Of a stretch of DNA of 64,000 nt, positions 62,278 through 64,000 are shown in pieces. Source of the DNA: Candidatus Latescibacterota bacterium (lineage in GTDB: Bacteria > Latescibacterota > UBA2968); assembly GCA_965207885.1 (NCBI GenBank), contig OZ242311.1, forward strand, positions 4,416,001 through 4,480,000, written 5' to 3'. The notes under the pieces were generated by a model. That model worked only from the letters and a program-made list of their open reading frames with translations, was not told where the DNA came from and ran no database searches. The translations under genes were made by a program, and so were the position numbers. The first letter of the stretch is position 1, and the number at the start of each line of letters is the position of its first letter.

Positions 62278-63214
62278 GGTAGTGTCTGAAAAGTCGTAAA
62301 GTATGTATTTTAGTTGCAGCATACGCCCTAAACCAAGGAGTATGATATGCAACGGAGATATGAACTGCGCGACGAGGCTTGGCATCTGATCCAAGACCTG
62401 TTCCCACCGCCGAAGAAGATGGGTCGTCCCCGTCGGGATGATCGTACATTATTCAACGGGATCTTCTGGATATTGTGTTCAGGTGCAGCTTGGCGCGACC
62501 TGCCAGAACGATATGGTCCTTGGCAGACAGCCTTTGACCGATTCTGCAAATGGAAACAGGATGGCACCTTTGATCGCATTGTAGAAAAGCTACATCTCAA
62601 ATTGGGTGAAGATGGTCTTTTAGATTATGCGACCTGGATGATGGATGCAACCCATATTCGAGCCACACAAGCCGCGGCAGGAGCGAAAAAAAAAGGGCAA
62701 AAAGGGTGAAGAAGAGCCCCCAGATCACGCTTTAGGACGCTCTCGTGGCGGTTTGACCACGAAAATCCATCTTCTTTGCGATGCAGTCGGGCATCCTTTA
62801 GCAGTGGATCTTCTCCCTGGTAACCAGTCAGAATCCACACAGGCTGAAAGGCTACTGTCAAAGGTATGCATACCCACCAAACGAGGGCGTCCAAGAAACC
62901 GACCCAAGTATCTGGTAGCTGATAAATCTTATGATGTCTCACGCATCAGAGTCTATCTACGCAAACGGGGTATCAAGGCTGCTATCCCAAACAAGGCGAT
63001 TCCCAAAGGCAGAAAACGGCGTAAGAGAGGACCACGGCCTAAGTGTGATAAAAGATTATATGCCAAACGCAATATCGTGGAGCGTCTCTTTGGTTGGCTT
63101 AAACACTGCCGACGGATTGTGACCCGATTTGAAAAAAAGGCGACTCATTTTCTCACTATGGTCAAGCTGGCCTGTATCAGACAACTCTTCAAAGCTTACT
63201 TTTCAGACACTACC
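62278..63214 (+). mobile_element. IS5-family insertion sequence, copy 2
   Basis: Same TIRs, TA duplication and identical ORF translations as copy 1. Confidence 0.96.
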
Positions 63215-63268
63215 TAATACCATATCCACAAGATACTATACTCCATTGTATAGTGTCAGCAAAAAACA

Positions 63269-63297
63269 AAAAGCTCTGGCAAAACACCAGAGCTTTT
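63269..63297. terminator. hairpin terminator
   Basis: AAAAGCTCTGG-7 nt-CCAGAGCTTTT. Confidence 0.65.
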
Positions 63298-63422
63298 CTG
63301 TTCCATTTGGAGAGCCACGGGTTTTCCACTTACCGATCTGCCAAATCCCTCTGCAAAAATCATGATCCATCGTTGCAAGTTCATTATATACTCCTGTTAT
63401 TTTTTACTTTTCACTACTGACT

Positions 63423-64000
63423 CTATTCTCCAAACAGGACGAGCGAAGTGCCCACGGCAGTCTGGATGCCAACGTAGTTCGCCGGTAATGAAGGTGCTGT
63501 TCCCAGACTAACGGTGGTCGATGTTGTCCCGCTCTGCGTCACTGTTATGGGTTCGCTTTGGATATTGCCCTTTGAAATTGTGACTTCTGTGATCGCATTG
63601 CCATCCCCATCGGTCAGTGTGCCGTCTGTTGCCGATAGCTCAACAGTCATATCAAACGGTGCACCCTGAGCAATACTGACCACAACAGTGGCGGGTCCCT
63701 GTGCTGTCAAGTCCGCATTGTCTATGCGTTTCAATTCCAGCGTGAGGGTGAAGGGCGCACCCGTATTATTAGATACATCCAGATTACCCAGATTGGACAA
63801 TCCATAGAACAAACTATCGGGAAGCGTACTCAACGTGTTGTTCTTAAGATTCAAGGTTCGCAGGTTGGACAAATCAGCGAACACCCTGTCGGGTAATTGG
63901 CTCAACTGATTGCGTTCAAGACGCAGGACTTGCAGACTGGTCAGACCAGAGAACACGTTATCTGGCAGTGCGCTCAACTGGTTTCTGTCAAGCTCTAACC
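63423..64000 (-). CDS. leucine-rich repeat protein, 3' part (runs off window end)
   Basis: 24-aa LxxLxLxxNxLxxLPxxxFxxL repeats. Confidence 0.88.
   Translation of the reverse strand, partial: LELDRNQLSALPDNVFSGLTSLQVLRLERNQLSQLPDRVFADLSNLRTLNLKNNTLSTLPDSLFYGLSNLGNLDVSNNTGAPFTLTLELKRIDNADLTAQGPATVVVSIAQGAPFDMTVELSATDGTLTDGDGNAITEVTISKGNIQSEPITVTQSGTTSTTVSLGTAPSLPANYVGIQTAVGTSLVLFGE

Noticed and set aside
46565-63214. Composite transposon bounded by the two IS copies
   Set aside because: Each copy has its own TA duplication and the TonB gene halves are contiguous across copy 1, so these are independent insertions

Overview
Bacterial chromosomal window. Its expanded PhyH dioxygenases, sulfatase, heparinase, LRR/cadherin/dockerin proteins and PorV-like protein suggest, by inference only, a Latescibacterota/Gemmatimonadota-like marine or sponge symbiont. 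It carries housekeeping genes (5' end of tgt, polA, trpS, frdABCD, hisN), a tandem glnK-amt duplication, many uronic-acid/glycan catabolic genes, a VapBC pair and two apparently identical IS5-family elements, one of which splits a TonB-dependent receptor. The most striking unannotated structure is upstream of trpS: one sigma70 promoter followed by TWO complete Trp-codon attenuators in tandem (9076-9471, - strand), with the second leader ORF running through its own terminator and stopping on the trpS start codon. Other highlights: a GC-rich 3-gene cassette bracketed by a duplicated 'gene end + promoter' sequence; a highly structured ~340-nt orphan transcript with two micro-ORFs (40.8-41.2 kb); a plant-type galacturonokinase coupled to a nucleotidyltransferase; and single-base frameshifts in amt2 and a GH13 gene. 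Family assignments come from motif recognition, not database searches.
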